Source: Lepidodermella squamata (Eukaryota > Animalia > Gastrotricha). Taken from it: 64,000 bases of DNA. This document shows, in pieces, positions 24,999-37,734 of this stretch. Positions within the stretch are counted from its first letter, which is position 1. Every line of letters begins with the position of its first letter. The notes under the pieces were generated by a model. That model had not been told where the DNA came from. It saw nothing but the letters and a program-made list of their open reading frames with translations, and searched no databases. Both the position numbers and the translations under genes were made by a program. The DNA is taken from NCBI GenBank assembly GCA_047495785.1, contig JBLDXI010000024.1, forward strand, positions 5,332,001 through 5,396,000. Direction: 5' to 3'.

Positions 24999-25077
24999 AG
25001 GCTCAGGGGGGGATCGAACCCTCGATCTTCTGCTTACTACTTACTAGGCAGACGCTCTACCACTAAGCTACTGAGCC
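24999..25077 (-). tRNA. tRNA-Thr(AGT) with 7-nt tandem duplication in the anticodon loop (micro-intron or pseudogene)
   Basis: TCTGC-C-TAGTAAG-TAGTAAG-CAGA; 79 nt = 72 + 7. Confidence 0.8.
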
Positions 25078-25150
25078 GGGGTTGACTGCTTTATTTTCGC
25101 AAGCGCAGTCGCCTCATTTCAGCCTTTTTTATCTTGCCGAAAAAAGTATA

Positions 25151-25223
25151 TGGAGGATACGGGCGTCGATCCCGTTACCTCTCGCATGCTAAGCGAGCGC
25201 TCTACCATTTGAGCTAATCCCCC
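25151..25223 (-). tRNA. tRNA-Ala(AGC)
   Basis: GGGGGATTAGCTCAAATGG... CTCGC-TTAGCAT-GCGAG; GATCGA T-loop typical of this isoacceptor. Confidence 0.95.
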
Positions 25224-25290
25224 TTCGAGATCTTCGTCTTCTTAGCAGCCGGTCGATGCCATGAACATGTTACCCTGGGTAAAAATATTG

Positions 25291-25363
25291 CGCCCTCCGG
25301 GGGACTCGAACCCCCGACCCTGTGATTAAAAGTCACATGCTCTACCGACTGAGCTAGGAAGGC
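25291..25363 (-). tRNA. tRNA-Lys(TTT)
   Basis: GCCTTCCTAGCTCAGTCGG... TGTGA-CTTTTAA-TCACA. Confidence 0.95.
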
Positions 25364-25890
25364 CCTTGAAATGCGTGGTAGATTGCAGGCAGATTAAATT
25401 TACGCAAGCAGTTGTCGAAATACTTGTTTAAATGGCCTCAGAAGCCTACTGAAACTAACAAAAATACAAAAGCGGACGACAGCCATTTCGCCTCAGCGCC
25501 TATCGCATGAAGTACAGCCTAAACAAGATTTGAGGTTTTTAGTGTTTAGTGAATGCTCGAAGCTAGACACGGCACGTTGATCGGATCTGTAATACTGAGC
25601 GTAATCGCCAACTGGGGTGCACTCGACTCGTCTCGATGTGTCGACTAATTGAAACTTGCTTCGAAAATCGGCTGCTTCATCTCGATGAACTATTGGGCAT
25701 GATCAATGCCTCGAATTTCATTCGGAAACAAGCAACTGTTTATCGGGAAGCTCCAGTTTTATTGTAGCAATATCAGGTTTTTATTTGCACATGTTATTAT
25801 CGATAATTGTTACATTTCCTATTGAGAGGAGAGAGAGACACAATAAAGCTAGCTAGCAAACGCAACAACAACGGAGGGAGACAGTCGGTA

Positions 25891-28800
25891 TCACCGCTTC
25901 GCCTCTTGTTTCGCCTTCTTCTTCGACTGGCCTTCATCGCCACCGTCGACATGTTTCTCGTCGTCAGCAGCACGCGGCTTCTTCCTATGCGCCGTTTCAC
26001 CGTGTTGCGGTTGCTGCTGCTGCTCAGACGCGCCTTCCGCTTCCTCGAGGTAGGCCTTCGCCAGCTCCTCGACGCGCGCCATCGTCTCGTCGTCGCCGTG
26101 CGCTTTCTCGAAGGCGGCGAACCGCCTGAAAACGAGCCGCTGTTTCGCCGCCGGCAGCTTCAACGCGACCAGCCGCTCGTACAACCGCCTCGCCCCCGCC
26201 ACGTCGTCACTGCGCTTCAGCAGCGCGTCGATGTACACGTTCCAGACGTCGAGCCGCTTCGGGTACGCCGAGACCAGTTTCTCGAACAGCGACCGGCCCC
26301 GCTCCACGTCGCCGCCGCTCTCCGGCGTCATCTCCAGCAGGGCGACCCGCAGGATGACGTCGACGTGGTGGCGGGGCTCCAGCGCATCCAGAGCCCGATT
26401 CAGGCCCTGCCTCGCCGTCTCAGCCCTGCCCCGCGAGAACAGGAACTCGATGTAGCGACACCACACCTTCGGCTGGTCGCGGAATTTCTTGGTGAGCAGC
26501 GCCAAGTGCTGTTCGGCTTCGTCGAGCCGCCCAGCCTGCGTGTACACGTCGACGAGGCGTTCCTGCACTGACAACGCATCCGCCTCGGCACAGGCGCGTC
26601 GTACCAGGTCGCGAAGGGACTCGTCCGTGCCGAAGGTGAGCTCCAGGTTGAAGTACACCACCCAGATGTTGAGGCGCTCGGCTTCTTCGCGGAATGAAAT
26701 CGACTTGAGCGCGCGTTCCGCCGTCTCCCGGGCCCGCGCCACGTCTGCGTTTTTGACGTGCAACGACACGTAGCCGGCCCACACGAGCGACGAGTTTGGC
26801 TTCTCGACGGCGAGGCGGTCGAAGTCATCGGTGGTGGCCGGCTCGGCGGCTTCCCCGGCGTCGTCGATGCCGCGCATGCGAGCCATCTCCAGGGCGAAGG
26901 TGCGCTGTTCACGCTCGCGGATCGTCTCCTTCTTCTTGCCCTTCTTCTTACCTACAAGTAGAGTACAAACACATTAAACACAAAGTTCAGAAAATTGAGG
27001 TTGACATGTCATAAATGTTCAAACTTGAAAAAAACCGATAAAAGGGAATTTTTCATTTTCGTACAATTTTATGTCGGATGACAAAATTCTCATATGCATG
27101 GCTTAAAATATACAGAAGGTTTCCTGAATAAAATAGTCGCGATTCGAAATTAACGCGAAAAGCTTGACGAGCTGCTTCAGAATAACGACTAATTCTGGTA
27201 CGCTAAAATAACATTTGAAATGTCTAGTCTGTATTTTACACTACGAATTTCTCGAATCGCGAATTACAAAGTGAAAAATCGTGTCGAACTTTTAGAAAAC
27301 GAGAAATTTTCGAGCTAGCATTGAGGTGTAAAATGTTCGATTTTTCACTAAAATGCTAAAATGACGAAAAATGACGTACCATCATCATCTTCGTCTCCAG
27401 CGCCATCGTCGTCATCTGAATCGACCAGCATCGCATCGCCGTCCTTCCCGCCGCCAATCAACGGCGGCTGAACAATATCAGACAGGCTGAAGTCGAATTT
27501 CGGCGCCTGCGGAACCACAAACTCCTCGCTGCTCTCCTGCCGTGTCTTCTTACTCGGCGAAACCTCATCCTCCGGTTGATCACCGTCATCATCACCATTA
27601 TCACCAATCGAAATCACCTCAGAGCCAGCTAGAGATGACGAAGTCGAATCGCTGCGGCCGCGTTTTTTCGTCGTCTCGGTCTTCCGTTCTTTATTCGACA
27701 ACAACTTGCGCTTACCACGGGTGAGCTCCTTCGGGATATTCAGCGCCTCGTTCGTATCGCGCTCCAACAGCGATAGTTCAACCGGCCGAGACAAATCGCG
27801 ATGGTCGATGGAGACGACTTTCGCGCGCACCACCACGCCCGGCTGGAAGAACTTCTCCGGCGTGACCAGGTAGTACTCGCTCGTCAGCTCGAACGAAGCC
27901 CGCCCGACGACGCGCCGGCCTAGTCGCACGAAAACACCCGCGTGTTCCTTGCAGGCGACGACGTACCCGCGGACAACGTCGCCAATCACCAAATCTTGGG
28001 CCGAATCGATTTCCCGATCGATAACCACCGATGATTTCGATTCGGATTTGACGATTCGACTCGGCCGCAGCGAGGCGGACCAAGTCGCGTCGGGCAGTCG
28101 GTCGATGACGTAACACGACGGCTGGGAGTATAATTTGACTGATTTAGTCGGGAACGGCGTGAAATCGTCGCAGATATCTGTCAGAGCGACGTGCCCGGTC
28201 GAACCGTCGGCGAACGCGATGTCCAACCCGGTGGCGGCCGATTTCGCGAAAACCACGCATTTCTGAACCGAGTTCGGCTCGACAGCTGTCGGGCGGCCCG
28301 TCATCGAAAATTCGACCTGCGGACTCGTTCGCACGACCTCGGCCTCGCCTAGGCAGGACCCGGGCGGGTACAGCTCTTGCAGAGTTTCACTGTCGCCTTC
28401 GATGTTCAGGCGGTTGATTCGAGCCGATCGCGAGATGAGCCGCGAGAATTCGACGGACGCGTACTGTTGGCGCCAATCGTGGACGAAAATCGGCACCTTC
28501 ATGCCCTCGTGCACGTCGGGTTCGGCCAGCACTCGCCGTTTTTTCTGTTCCCGTTCCACGACGAGGGAGCACTCGAAAATCAGCGCCTTCGCCTGGTTGC
28601 TGCTGGTGTTTTTCTTGCTGTGATGCGCGCGGTGGTGCAGCCCGATGACACGCACTTTGATGACTTTGCCCTTGAGAAGTTCGGCAAACGGCCGAACGCC
28701 AGGTTTCACGTCGCAATCTGCCAGCGCCTCGGAAATGTGGACGCGGCCTCGGAACTTGCCGTTTTCGATTCGCAGATTCAAAACAGTCGGGGTTGAATTG

Positions 28801-31800
28801 ACGATTTCAGCACTGACAATGGCTCCACTTGGCAGCAATTGGTCGGACATTACCTGATGCAAAAATTGGTTAATAATCAAAACAACACCAAATATTTAGT
28901 AATAATACCTGATCTTTCACCGATTTCTCATCTCGTGACTTTTTCGACGAGTCGTGGCTCTTGAAAATCGCGCGCGGTGGCTGCGAGTCGTGTTGCGTGA
29001 TGACAACCGGGTTCGACTGGCCGGGTAGAAACCGATACGGTTCGTGGATGTCATTGAATCGGCGTTTAGCCGGGACCACGGCCAACACACCCGAGCCGTG
29101 TTCTTGGAGGGCGACGACTGCGCAAATGCCATCACGAACCAGCAGAACGGTCGATTCGAGTTTTTGGCCCGGCAACAGCGGGATGACTTGATCGGCGAGG
29201 CGTGATCGAATGTCGGCGATGAGCTGCGGCGAACACGTGACTTCGAGGCGTTTTTCCGCAATGTCGTGGTAGAGCACGACTGCTTCGATGCGTTTATTGC
29301 GGGTCGGTTGGGCGGCGCCGTTTTTAAACGACGCCGGCATTTGTTCGGCTGGAACGCGGGCGAGAAGAGCGGGCGATTCCTCGGCGCCGTCAACTTTGCC
29401 GTCGACGAAAGCGCCGGCCGGGTCGATTTCGCTCACTGTCATCGTCACAATGCTGCCGATCGGGAATTTCGCAACTAAATAGAAAAAATACAAATAAAAT
29501 AAAATATTTGTGAAATCTAGTTGAATTTCATTTTCCGTCCAGATTCAACAAAAACGAACATTCGAGACTAAAACCGCGAATTTAAAACAAAGTGCTTATC
29601 CGTCTAGTAATAATTAGGATAATTTTGAAAACAATCACGTCGCGTACTAGGCTCCATTGTTGTTAAGTTTTTGGAAGAACAACTAATTAATGTCGAAAAA
29701 ATCACTGTTCAGTAAACCCGCGAAATTCGTCAATCAGAAATCAAATCATCTGTTAGAATATCAAATTTCGAAACCTGGCAACAGAAACAATATTGGTAGG
29801 TACAAGCCTATTATTTTTTCGTAAATTTTGATAGGAATGATAAGAAAACATTATGCAAATTTCTCCCGCTGAAATATATTCTGATTGTAATTTGCCGAGG
29901 CTCATTTTCCGAAAATTGTTGATCAATGCTCAAAATCAAGTTCTGTTTCCGTTCGAATTAGGTCTCACAACAGCCAAATTTGGCGGGACTCATATTGATG
30001 TCCGCTTTGTGGTTTTTACTCGATGAATAAATAACATTATTGTCTTTTCAAAAATGTCGAATGAACCCGAAATATAGGAAAAATCCCATTTAGCTGGCGA
30101 AACGTACGGTACAGGTTTTGACCGAATTAAGAACAGACATTTCGCCGAATAAAAAAAAACAAGAATAAGAGGAGACTTACAAATTTTGTGGTGTTCCGCC
30201 GCTCGGCTCATTTCGTCGAGGTACGCCTGCAGGAGTTGCGGCCCGTCACTCGGGTGTTCGCGGCCGAGCTTCGGCGCAACATCGCGCAGGCGCAGCGACA
30301 CAATGCAGCGCTCCTTGGTGTCGCCATCGCCCGACGTCGTCTCCATGACTTTGCACATCAGCGTCTGGCCGCGCTTGAACAACGCCGTCGGTTGCGCCAC
30401 GAATCGATCGGTGAGGTACTTGCGCGGGGCGAGGGCGACAATGCCGCCGGGCAACGCGACGAACACGCCGAAATCCGTGATTGAATGCACCCAGCTCAGC
30501 AGAACGCGGCCTGGTTTCATGTCGACGTCGAATGACCTGGCGAATAGACTCGCGGCCTCAGCAGGTGATGACTCAGCAGCGATGGCTTTGACGAGGCTCG
30601 GCTTGCGAGACACGATCAAGCGACCGACGTTGTTGACGACAACCAGCCGGTCGGTGATCGAATCGCCGTTCGAGTACGTGTCTTCGAGCGATTTCGCGCA
30701 TTCCGGCACGTCGGACAGGTGGTCGAAGGGCAGCGTCGCCCGCAAATCGCCGTTAACCAGCAGTTGAAGACCGGCGTCGCGTTTCGCAACTATGCGACCG
30801 CCCTCGACTAGCGTGCCGAGTTCCAGCGGCTGCTTTTTATCCTGCCGTTTGAACTGCTTCAAGCCTTCGTCCGCCACCAGCTGCTTTTCCTCCGCTGTGT
30901 TCTTCTCGCCAGCCTGGTGGTTTTCGTCGACATTAGGTGCTTCATCATCTTCCTGCTGGGCAGGCGGTGCCATTTCGAGCAGCAGGTTCGGCCGTTGCGG
31001 GTCGACGTTCTTCACGCGGCACGTCACGACCTGGCCGGGCTGGAACAGCGCGCGCAGGTCGGGCGCCGCTCGGCAGTGGTGCGCCATCAGCGACCGAGGC
31101 AGCACGCCAACCACGCCGCCGTAGAAACCAACCAGCAGACCCTGAAATCGAAAAAATTTGAAAATTTGAAAAAATTCCATTCTTGTATCGATTTTCGAAT
31201 TCTAAGATTATTGATAAAATTCGCCTATCATTTTCATGGACACAACTTGATATACCTTGATAATGCCACGAAGTTTTGTCGGCTCCAAGCGCCCATCAAT
31301 ACGAAAGCTCATCACTTGGCACGCGATCTAGCAAACACTGCTACTATCAACTATCAAGTAAGAAAGGGTGTCCATCCCCTATCCCCTTGGCAACTTGACA
31401 ATGAGCGAAGACGTAATGGAATTCACAATCCAGACAACAGCGGAGGAAATGAAACGCATTCGAAATGACCCGTCATACCGGGACATAATCCACGACAAAA
31501 TCAAACATATATGACTGAACAAATCGATTTTTTTTCTATTTTTCTGCAATTTTCTACTTTTCTATCCAAACCTCCTGATAAATTACTCCTGATCAAGATT
31601 TATGTGTGTTATTCGACTAGAGCCCTGACTAGCATGGGGGCGAATTATTTCTGTGATCTGTGTCATCGAATTATTCGACACAGTGTGTGAAATGATTTCG
31701 CGAACTCAAGGAGCGGAATGTCTTATGACCTCGCTTAACGAGTAGGATAGCCTATTAACACACATGGATCAACAACAAAACCCCCCAGTCGCGCCCGCCG

Positions 31801-34588
31801 ACTTAAATCCGGGCCCTAACGTATCCCCCGAATTGCAGAATTTGCAGCTTGGGCGACTCGCATCGGAGGCATCACCGACGTGAGCCGGAGTACAGCTTTT
31901 GGTCATGTCCGAAGAGAGGACCACGAGGCTTTTCGAAGCCAATGCTCTGCTGCTAAAATGGCAGGGCTTGACCGACCCGCTCACTGAACGGACGGCTTCG
32001 TGGAGCGATCAATCGAGAGGGCCGCGCTCAACCGCGGCCATTCCGGTCGCTCGTCCGGGAGTAGGACCGCGGCAGTTCACACTAACCTGGTGTGAGCCAT
32101 TGCGCGCCAATGCTTCGCCCACAGCCACACTGACTCACTGGGCAAATGCACTGGCCGCAGACCGCCAAGGAGATTCGGCCGACCTCTCACGGTTAGCCAG
32201 TCGCGATAAACGTCTGGGCCGCAATTGGCTGGCGGTTCAGCTCCAGACGGACTCCTCGCCGCTCTTGTGGGTGAGCTGGTTGCTTGAGGAGTTGTGTGCA
32301 CAATGCGCCGTTCGCGACTACGAGTTAGCGCAGACGCCGAGGGCGGAGTTCTATCGGACTCCAGCGGACCCACAGCTGTCGGGGCCTTTCAAGGCCGTGT
32401 ATCCCGGCGGCTTTATTCCGCCCCTTGGCCAGCATTTCTGGGGCGGGGGCATAATGCCTCGCGGCTAGGGGTGCCAGTGCGGCAGGCCGGTTTTCCCGGT
32501 ATGCCAAGAACTCCCAAGACGGCTAAGGGCCAGGCACCTCCCCCGCTCCCCCTCCGCCACCTATCCCACCGCTGCCACCAAATGTTAACCCTGGTCTATG
32601 TCTTGAAGTCAAAGAGACCACCAATCATACGCAACTCAACGAATGGTTTTATTCTTGGTATTAAATGCCTTATATACGATGCTCCAAGACAACGATATCA
32701 AAAGATGAATAGATAGTCAATAGTTGAATGTCGTTGCTTGGTGCATCCCAGGTCTACAATCTTGCTAATTTGATTATTAATTTTGAATTAAATTTGAAAA
32801 ATTTCACTTCCGAAAAATTACCTTGTTATCGGCGAGAAGGCGTATGACGTAGCCATCACCGCAGGACTCGCCCGGCTTCAGATCAGTCAACGACGTGAAC
32901 AGCGTCAACTTGGATTTGACGAGCGCCTTCTTCGCCGTCAGAATGAGGCGTTTCCGCTCGGGGTCGACCGACAACACGCGGCACCGCAGCTTCGAGCCGA
33001 CCGGAAACCGCTTCTCCAGCAACTCCAGCTTGCCGCCCTTCGTGTCCACCGCCTGCGTCCACGGCACAAACGCCGCGATTTGCTTCGCCTGCTCCAGGGT
33101 GACCCTCAGGCCCTCGGCCACCACCGCCGACACAACAGCCTTCACCTTCTCGCCCGGCTGCACCGAATCCAGCGACTGGTACTGATTCGACAGCACGGAC
33201 GGCTTCAGCGAGACCACGTAGCACCCGTCGACCAGCGCGAGTCCGATGACTCGAACGCGGTGTTTCGACCCAACTGCGAAACGAGTCTCGTCGATTTGAG
33301 CAGTTTTTTCATCGGCAAGATGCGAAATTTTGCAGAATGCCTTTGCAAAAATCGTGTTCGACTCGCGCGATAGATCGAAAATCACCCCGCGGCGACTGTC
33401 GATTTTTTGAACAATCGCATTCTCGAAAAATTGCCCAACTTCTTGATTATCAGCCGACGAAACTACGTTCAAACGACGCAAATGAGGCAGCAGTGAGCAA
33501 TGCAGCGTTTTCGTCAGCGGGTCCGAGTATAACACCGTGGCTGTAATCGATTTTCCGATCGAATACGACTCGACCGGGGCGGGCAAGTGCCGGTAATGCA
33601 CGACGCCGTAACTCGGCGGCTGGCTCGACGATAAGTGAACCACCAGTCCGGCGGGTTTAACCTCGAAAACGTCCATTTTCAGGGCGAGACCCGGTAGAAC
33701 GCATCGCACTGGAATCGGATCGTCCGAAAACGAGCCTCTCGGAGTTGAGGCTGGCAGCTGCAGCGAAACCAGGCCGTTTTCCGATGAGTGAACGACGAAC
33801 GGCAACACGTGATTTCTCGACAGTTTTTCGCCGCCTAAAAACGCGGATTCGAACTCGTTGGACTGGTCGAGGCGGAGAAAGGCTCTGGTTTGAGTGCCCA
33901 GCCCCAAATCAACCGTATAGCCCTTATCTTCGACGGATTGGACGCAACCTGCGAGCAGCATCCCCGGCCTCAAACTCGACCAATTGCCTAGATCTGAGTT
34001 GATAACTCGCGGATTTAGCGTTAAATTGAGCAAATCCTTCGTGACAGTTTCTGATTTTTGTTTTTCACTCCGTTCAATCGCTCGCGCAATGACGAGTTGG
34101 CCGATTTTGAACAGCGACTGCAGCGCGGGCGGCTGTTCGTTCGAGTTCGGGTCAGCCGCGTACGACTTGAGCGCGTTCGTGTACGCGTCTGAAATGTCGG
34201 CGATTGCGACGTAGCCTCGCAGATTGCCAGGCAGCGCCAACACGAGACGGTAGTCGAATATCTGAGCGACCGCGCCGAGGACGAGCGTGCCCGGCACCAG
34301 GTCGTTCAACTGCAGCATCGTGACATTTGTCGCCGCTGTGTCGTCGCGCGATTCGGCGGCGTCTAGCGCTGCTGGTCGTTCGCTGTTTTTCGCCGATTTT
34401 TCGTCCGCCGCTTTTTTCGAGTGGTCTTTGATTGCTTTCGACTGCGTCTGCTGTTTCGCGGGTTTGAACAAGTCGTCGAGGGCCTCTGCTTTGCGTTTGT
34501 TCTTGTTCATCGGCTTCTGCAGGCGCTGTTGGCGTAGCTGCGCCTGGCTGCCGGGCTTTCCACGCGGGAAAGCTTCCTCCAAACTCAT
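25891..34588 (-). CDS. PDCD11: rRNA biogenesis protein RRP5, 1942 aa (exons 34588-32822, 31141-30181, 29474-28909, 28853-27380, 26951-25891)
   Basis: MSLEEAFPRG start, tandem S1 domains, C-terminal HAT repeats (PNSSLVW...ARETAERALKSISFREEAERLNIW, PKRLDVW); spliced length 5829 nt is in frame. Confidence 0.93.
31213..32771 (+). mobile_element. Foreign-looking degenerate insertion (TE or viral remnant) antisense within RRP5 intron 1
   Basis: GC-rich block unlike other introns; ORF from ATG 31764 interrupted by TGA 31881-31883 continues in frame to 32468; Pro-rich segment; weak GATTATT flanking repeat at 31206-31212 and 32772-32778. Confidence 0.45.
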
Positions 34589-34774
34589 CTTCTATATTAA
34601 TCACTCACTCACTCAATATAATGCAAATTTCTATAAAAGGGCGAAAAATTCGTTAAATAAATTGTTTAATCGAACATCAAAAATTCTCTCGAATATGGAA
34701 TAGATTAGTCGAAGGACAATTGGTAACTAGCAAATGCGAAATCCGCACCGGAATAGATAATAAGCAGTGGCAAA

Positions 34775-37734
34775 TCACAATTCGAAAATCACAGTACAAC
34801 CGGCACCGAAATGCGATTCAATCGAAGATTTCTGCTCGGCCAGCATCGAATTCCCGGTTAAAGTGACGCTTTTCAACGCAGCAGTGGCCGGGAATAAGCT
34901 GCTGATGTTCGCGAGTCGGTTATTGCGAAGTGAGACCGAGTGAAGTCGAGGCAAACACCGTAGAATGGCGGCGTTTTCCAGCTGGTTGCCATCGAGTACG
35001 ATTTCTTGCAGCTGCTCGAGATGCGCCAAGTCTTTGCCGAGGCGGCTCAGGCGATTTCGCGATAAATCGAGCCGTTGCAGCGAGTTCGGCAGCTGGGAAA
35101 ATGGCACATTCGTCAGTTCGAGGCCGCTCAAATCCAACGAAGATGACGATTCAGAGCATAGTCGACTCCTGACAACACAGTTCGAGCCTAAAAACATAAA
35201 ATATAAGTTTATTAGAGATCGAATTTCGACCATGCATAATTATATAACGTAATCGAAACAACCTTGATAATTATAAACTATAACTAATATATAATAATCT
35301 ACAATTCTTATTACTTGTGATCACGCGCGAAGTGGCACTCCGATGTGTGCGCCCAAAGCCCACCCGTGGCCGGTGCTTTATGAAATAATTTGAAGAATAA
35401 AATACACTGCTTGCTAATTATATAAAACTTAGAATCACAATGCAAAATATTTACGCGAGGTCGACTCGACATCAGCAGTTTACAAGCTTAATTTCCCGTT
35501 TTCAGTCATAAAAAAAAACAGTTGAAAAATGATCCTCAAATCTTGAACCATCAATTTGACATTTTTCAGATTTTTACACCGTCGGGAAAAATAGCCGATC
35601 GCAAATCAATATAGATGTTCAGCGATCTTCGATTTTTCATCTTTTTCGCTATTCGCTCGCAAGCAAGACTACTGTGCACTGATAGTAGATAGTAGATAGT
35701 AGATATTTATTTCAAACTTAATTGCTTGAAGGCAATGTTTACACATTTTGGAAACGCTATCAGAACCAAAATTGAAAATGTTTCTAAATAGCTATGGTAG
35801 CGGGTAGCTTAAATAAAAACTCAGTGTCGATCGAAAACCGAAATCGCAAATAATGGCACAAACTTTTGGTGGAATCTCAGATTTCAGATAGCTAGACTTT
35901 TAGCTTTCGTCGGCACTATTTTCGTTAGATTGAATAGTTTGAACTTACGCATATCGGCGTAGTAGTTGGCCCGCAACGGGTCGAGGCCGGCCAGGGTCGT
36001 GTAGAGCGACATCAGCTCGGCAACATCGGCCGTCGCTCCGGCCGAAGGTTCCAGCAACTGTTTCAGTTTGACCAGCGTCAACTTGGCGTGTTTGTTCTTC
36101 GGCTCCAGGTCGACGAGATCGCGCATCGACTGCAGCTGCTGCGACATCAAATCGCGCGACACGAGCCAGCAGCCACTCGAAGACGAAGAAGATGAAGTCG
36201 ATGGCGGCGTCGGGCAGACGAGTTCAACGAGCGAGTTGTAGAACCACCACGCGCTCTGGTCGTTCGGGTCCGTGTACAGCGCGTTGTTCGACAGCTCGAA
36301 CTCGGCCGCCCAGTCGACGACGGCGTCGGCAGGCGAACACGTCGACTTCTGGGCGAGCAGCTTCGAGCGGTAGTGCCACGCCGAGTAGTTGGACATGTTC
36401 TTCGTGATGAGCTTCTGCGAGAACGCCAGTTCGCTCGCCCACGTCGGCTTCACGGCCACCGCCTCGTCGAGCCCCGTCGCTGGCCAGTGCTCCAACACCC
36501 ACCGCCGGTAGTCCCACTGCAATCAATCATGACAATAAATACTCTTTTCACTCGGCAGCTCAGCTAACTTCTATAATTTTGATTTCATCAGATTTATGCC
36601 AAGCTTCAGTTATCGGTAATTTCGAACTTTAAAAATTGTTCGGCCTGGAAGAATCAAAATTAAAGGAAACAGCTGAGTGGCCTTAATTTTCTTCTCCAAA
36701 CGATTCGTTCAGCGTCCTACGTTTAAATTGTCAAAAAAAATCGGGAAATTTTCTCAATTTTCAGAAAATAAGAAATAAGCTCCGGTTCATATATAATATA
36801 AGTAATCCTTCTTGATTATAAAATCTCTCACAATCTTGGTTCTGGCGTTTGCAATTCAAGTTCTAAGCTTCAAATTATCAAACCCATTAATCCGACTTGT
36901 ACATAAAAATCGAACAAAATTGAGGCATTATACCAAGTGAGCGGTTTAGCGGTAACCGAATCATGAGACTATTTAAGGAATCCAATTAATTTCAAACTAA
37001 TTGCGTTGAACGAATTTACGCTTCAACTTACAGCGTGAAAATTGCGTTCGTCAGCGTTGAACAAGCGCTCGGTGAATGCGAGCTCGCCCGGCCACAGCGA
37101 CAACAGTGATTCGGGCAGAATGTTTGAAAACAGCCAGCAGCGGTGGTTGAAAATGGCGTACGACTTCGGATTGCCGAAAATGCACTTCTCGTTGAACGCA
37201 ATTTCCTCCTTGAACACGCGCTCAGCCTCCTCACTGCTGCTGCAACTTTAAAAACGAAAATATTCCATAATTCAACTTGTGCATAATATATCAAGCTTGA
37301 TACAACATTCCCAAAGAAATTTTTCAAACAATCCACTAATTCAACGCAGAATATGCTCGCAAATTTCTGTAAATACGATCAAGAATATTGAGAATTCTCC
37401 GCAAGCTATATTCTGAATTTTGTTTCCCATTTTCATATTGAGAACAGCCCTACCTAGAGCTAATCTTCATGCAAGCTAGAACGCACTTTTCAGGCTTGAC
37501 GAGTTCACGCAAGATTTCACAGCGGTAATTCCACAGCGTGTAAAACTCAGCCGCGCCGGCTTGCAGCAACTGACCGGTCAAATCCAGCGCTTCACGATCA
37601 AATTCCCCTTTCTCGCGCTTCGATAACACCCGGTTTTTCAGAGCTTCGAACGCGGCTAGTTTCTTCTCACGGACCAGTTGTTTAACGAGCTTTTCCTGCT
37701 CGGACATGTTCTTATCCTTAACTCGACCGTGCAT
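34775..37734 (-). CDS. RABGGTA: Rab geranylgeranyltransferase alpha subunit, 480 aa (exons 37734-37487, 37245-37032, 36516-35949, 35187-34775)
   Basis: MHGRVK start; PPTA repeats (YTLWNYR, NPKSY..FNHR, DERNFHAWDYRR, NMSNYSAWHYRS, TDPNDQSAWWF); DPLRANYYADMRS; C-terminal LRRs; 1443 nt in frame. Confidence 0.92.
35681..35705. repeat. (GATAGTA)3+ tandem repeat in RABGGTA intron
   Basis: gatagtagatagtagatagtagata seen directly. Confidence 0.75.

Noticed and set aside
26952-30180. Intronic C/D snoRNAs in RRP5
   Set aside because: No properly spaced RTGATGA...CTGA pair seen on the sense strand by eye; H/ACA types cannot be excluded.
31881-31883. Selenocysteine read-through of the in-frame TGA
   Set aside because: No recognisable SECIS downstream and no redox motif; decay of a mobile element is simpler.
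25807-34703. Long plus-strand and alternate-frame ORFs over RRP5 (similar ones over XRN2, CAMK1, RABGGTA)
   Set aside because: Shadow ORFs caused by high GC3 in the real coding strand.
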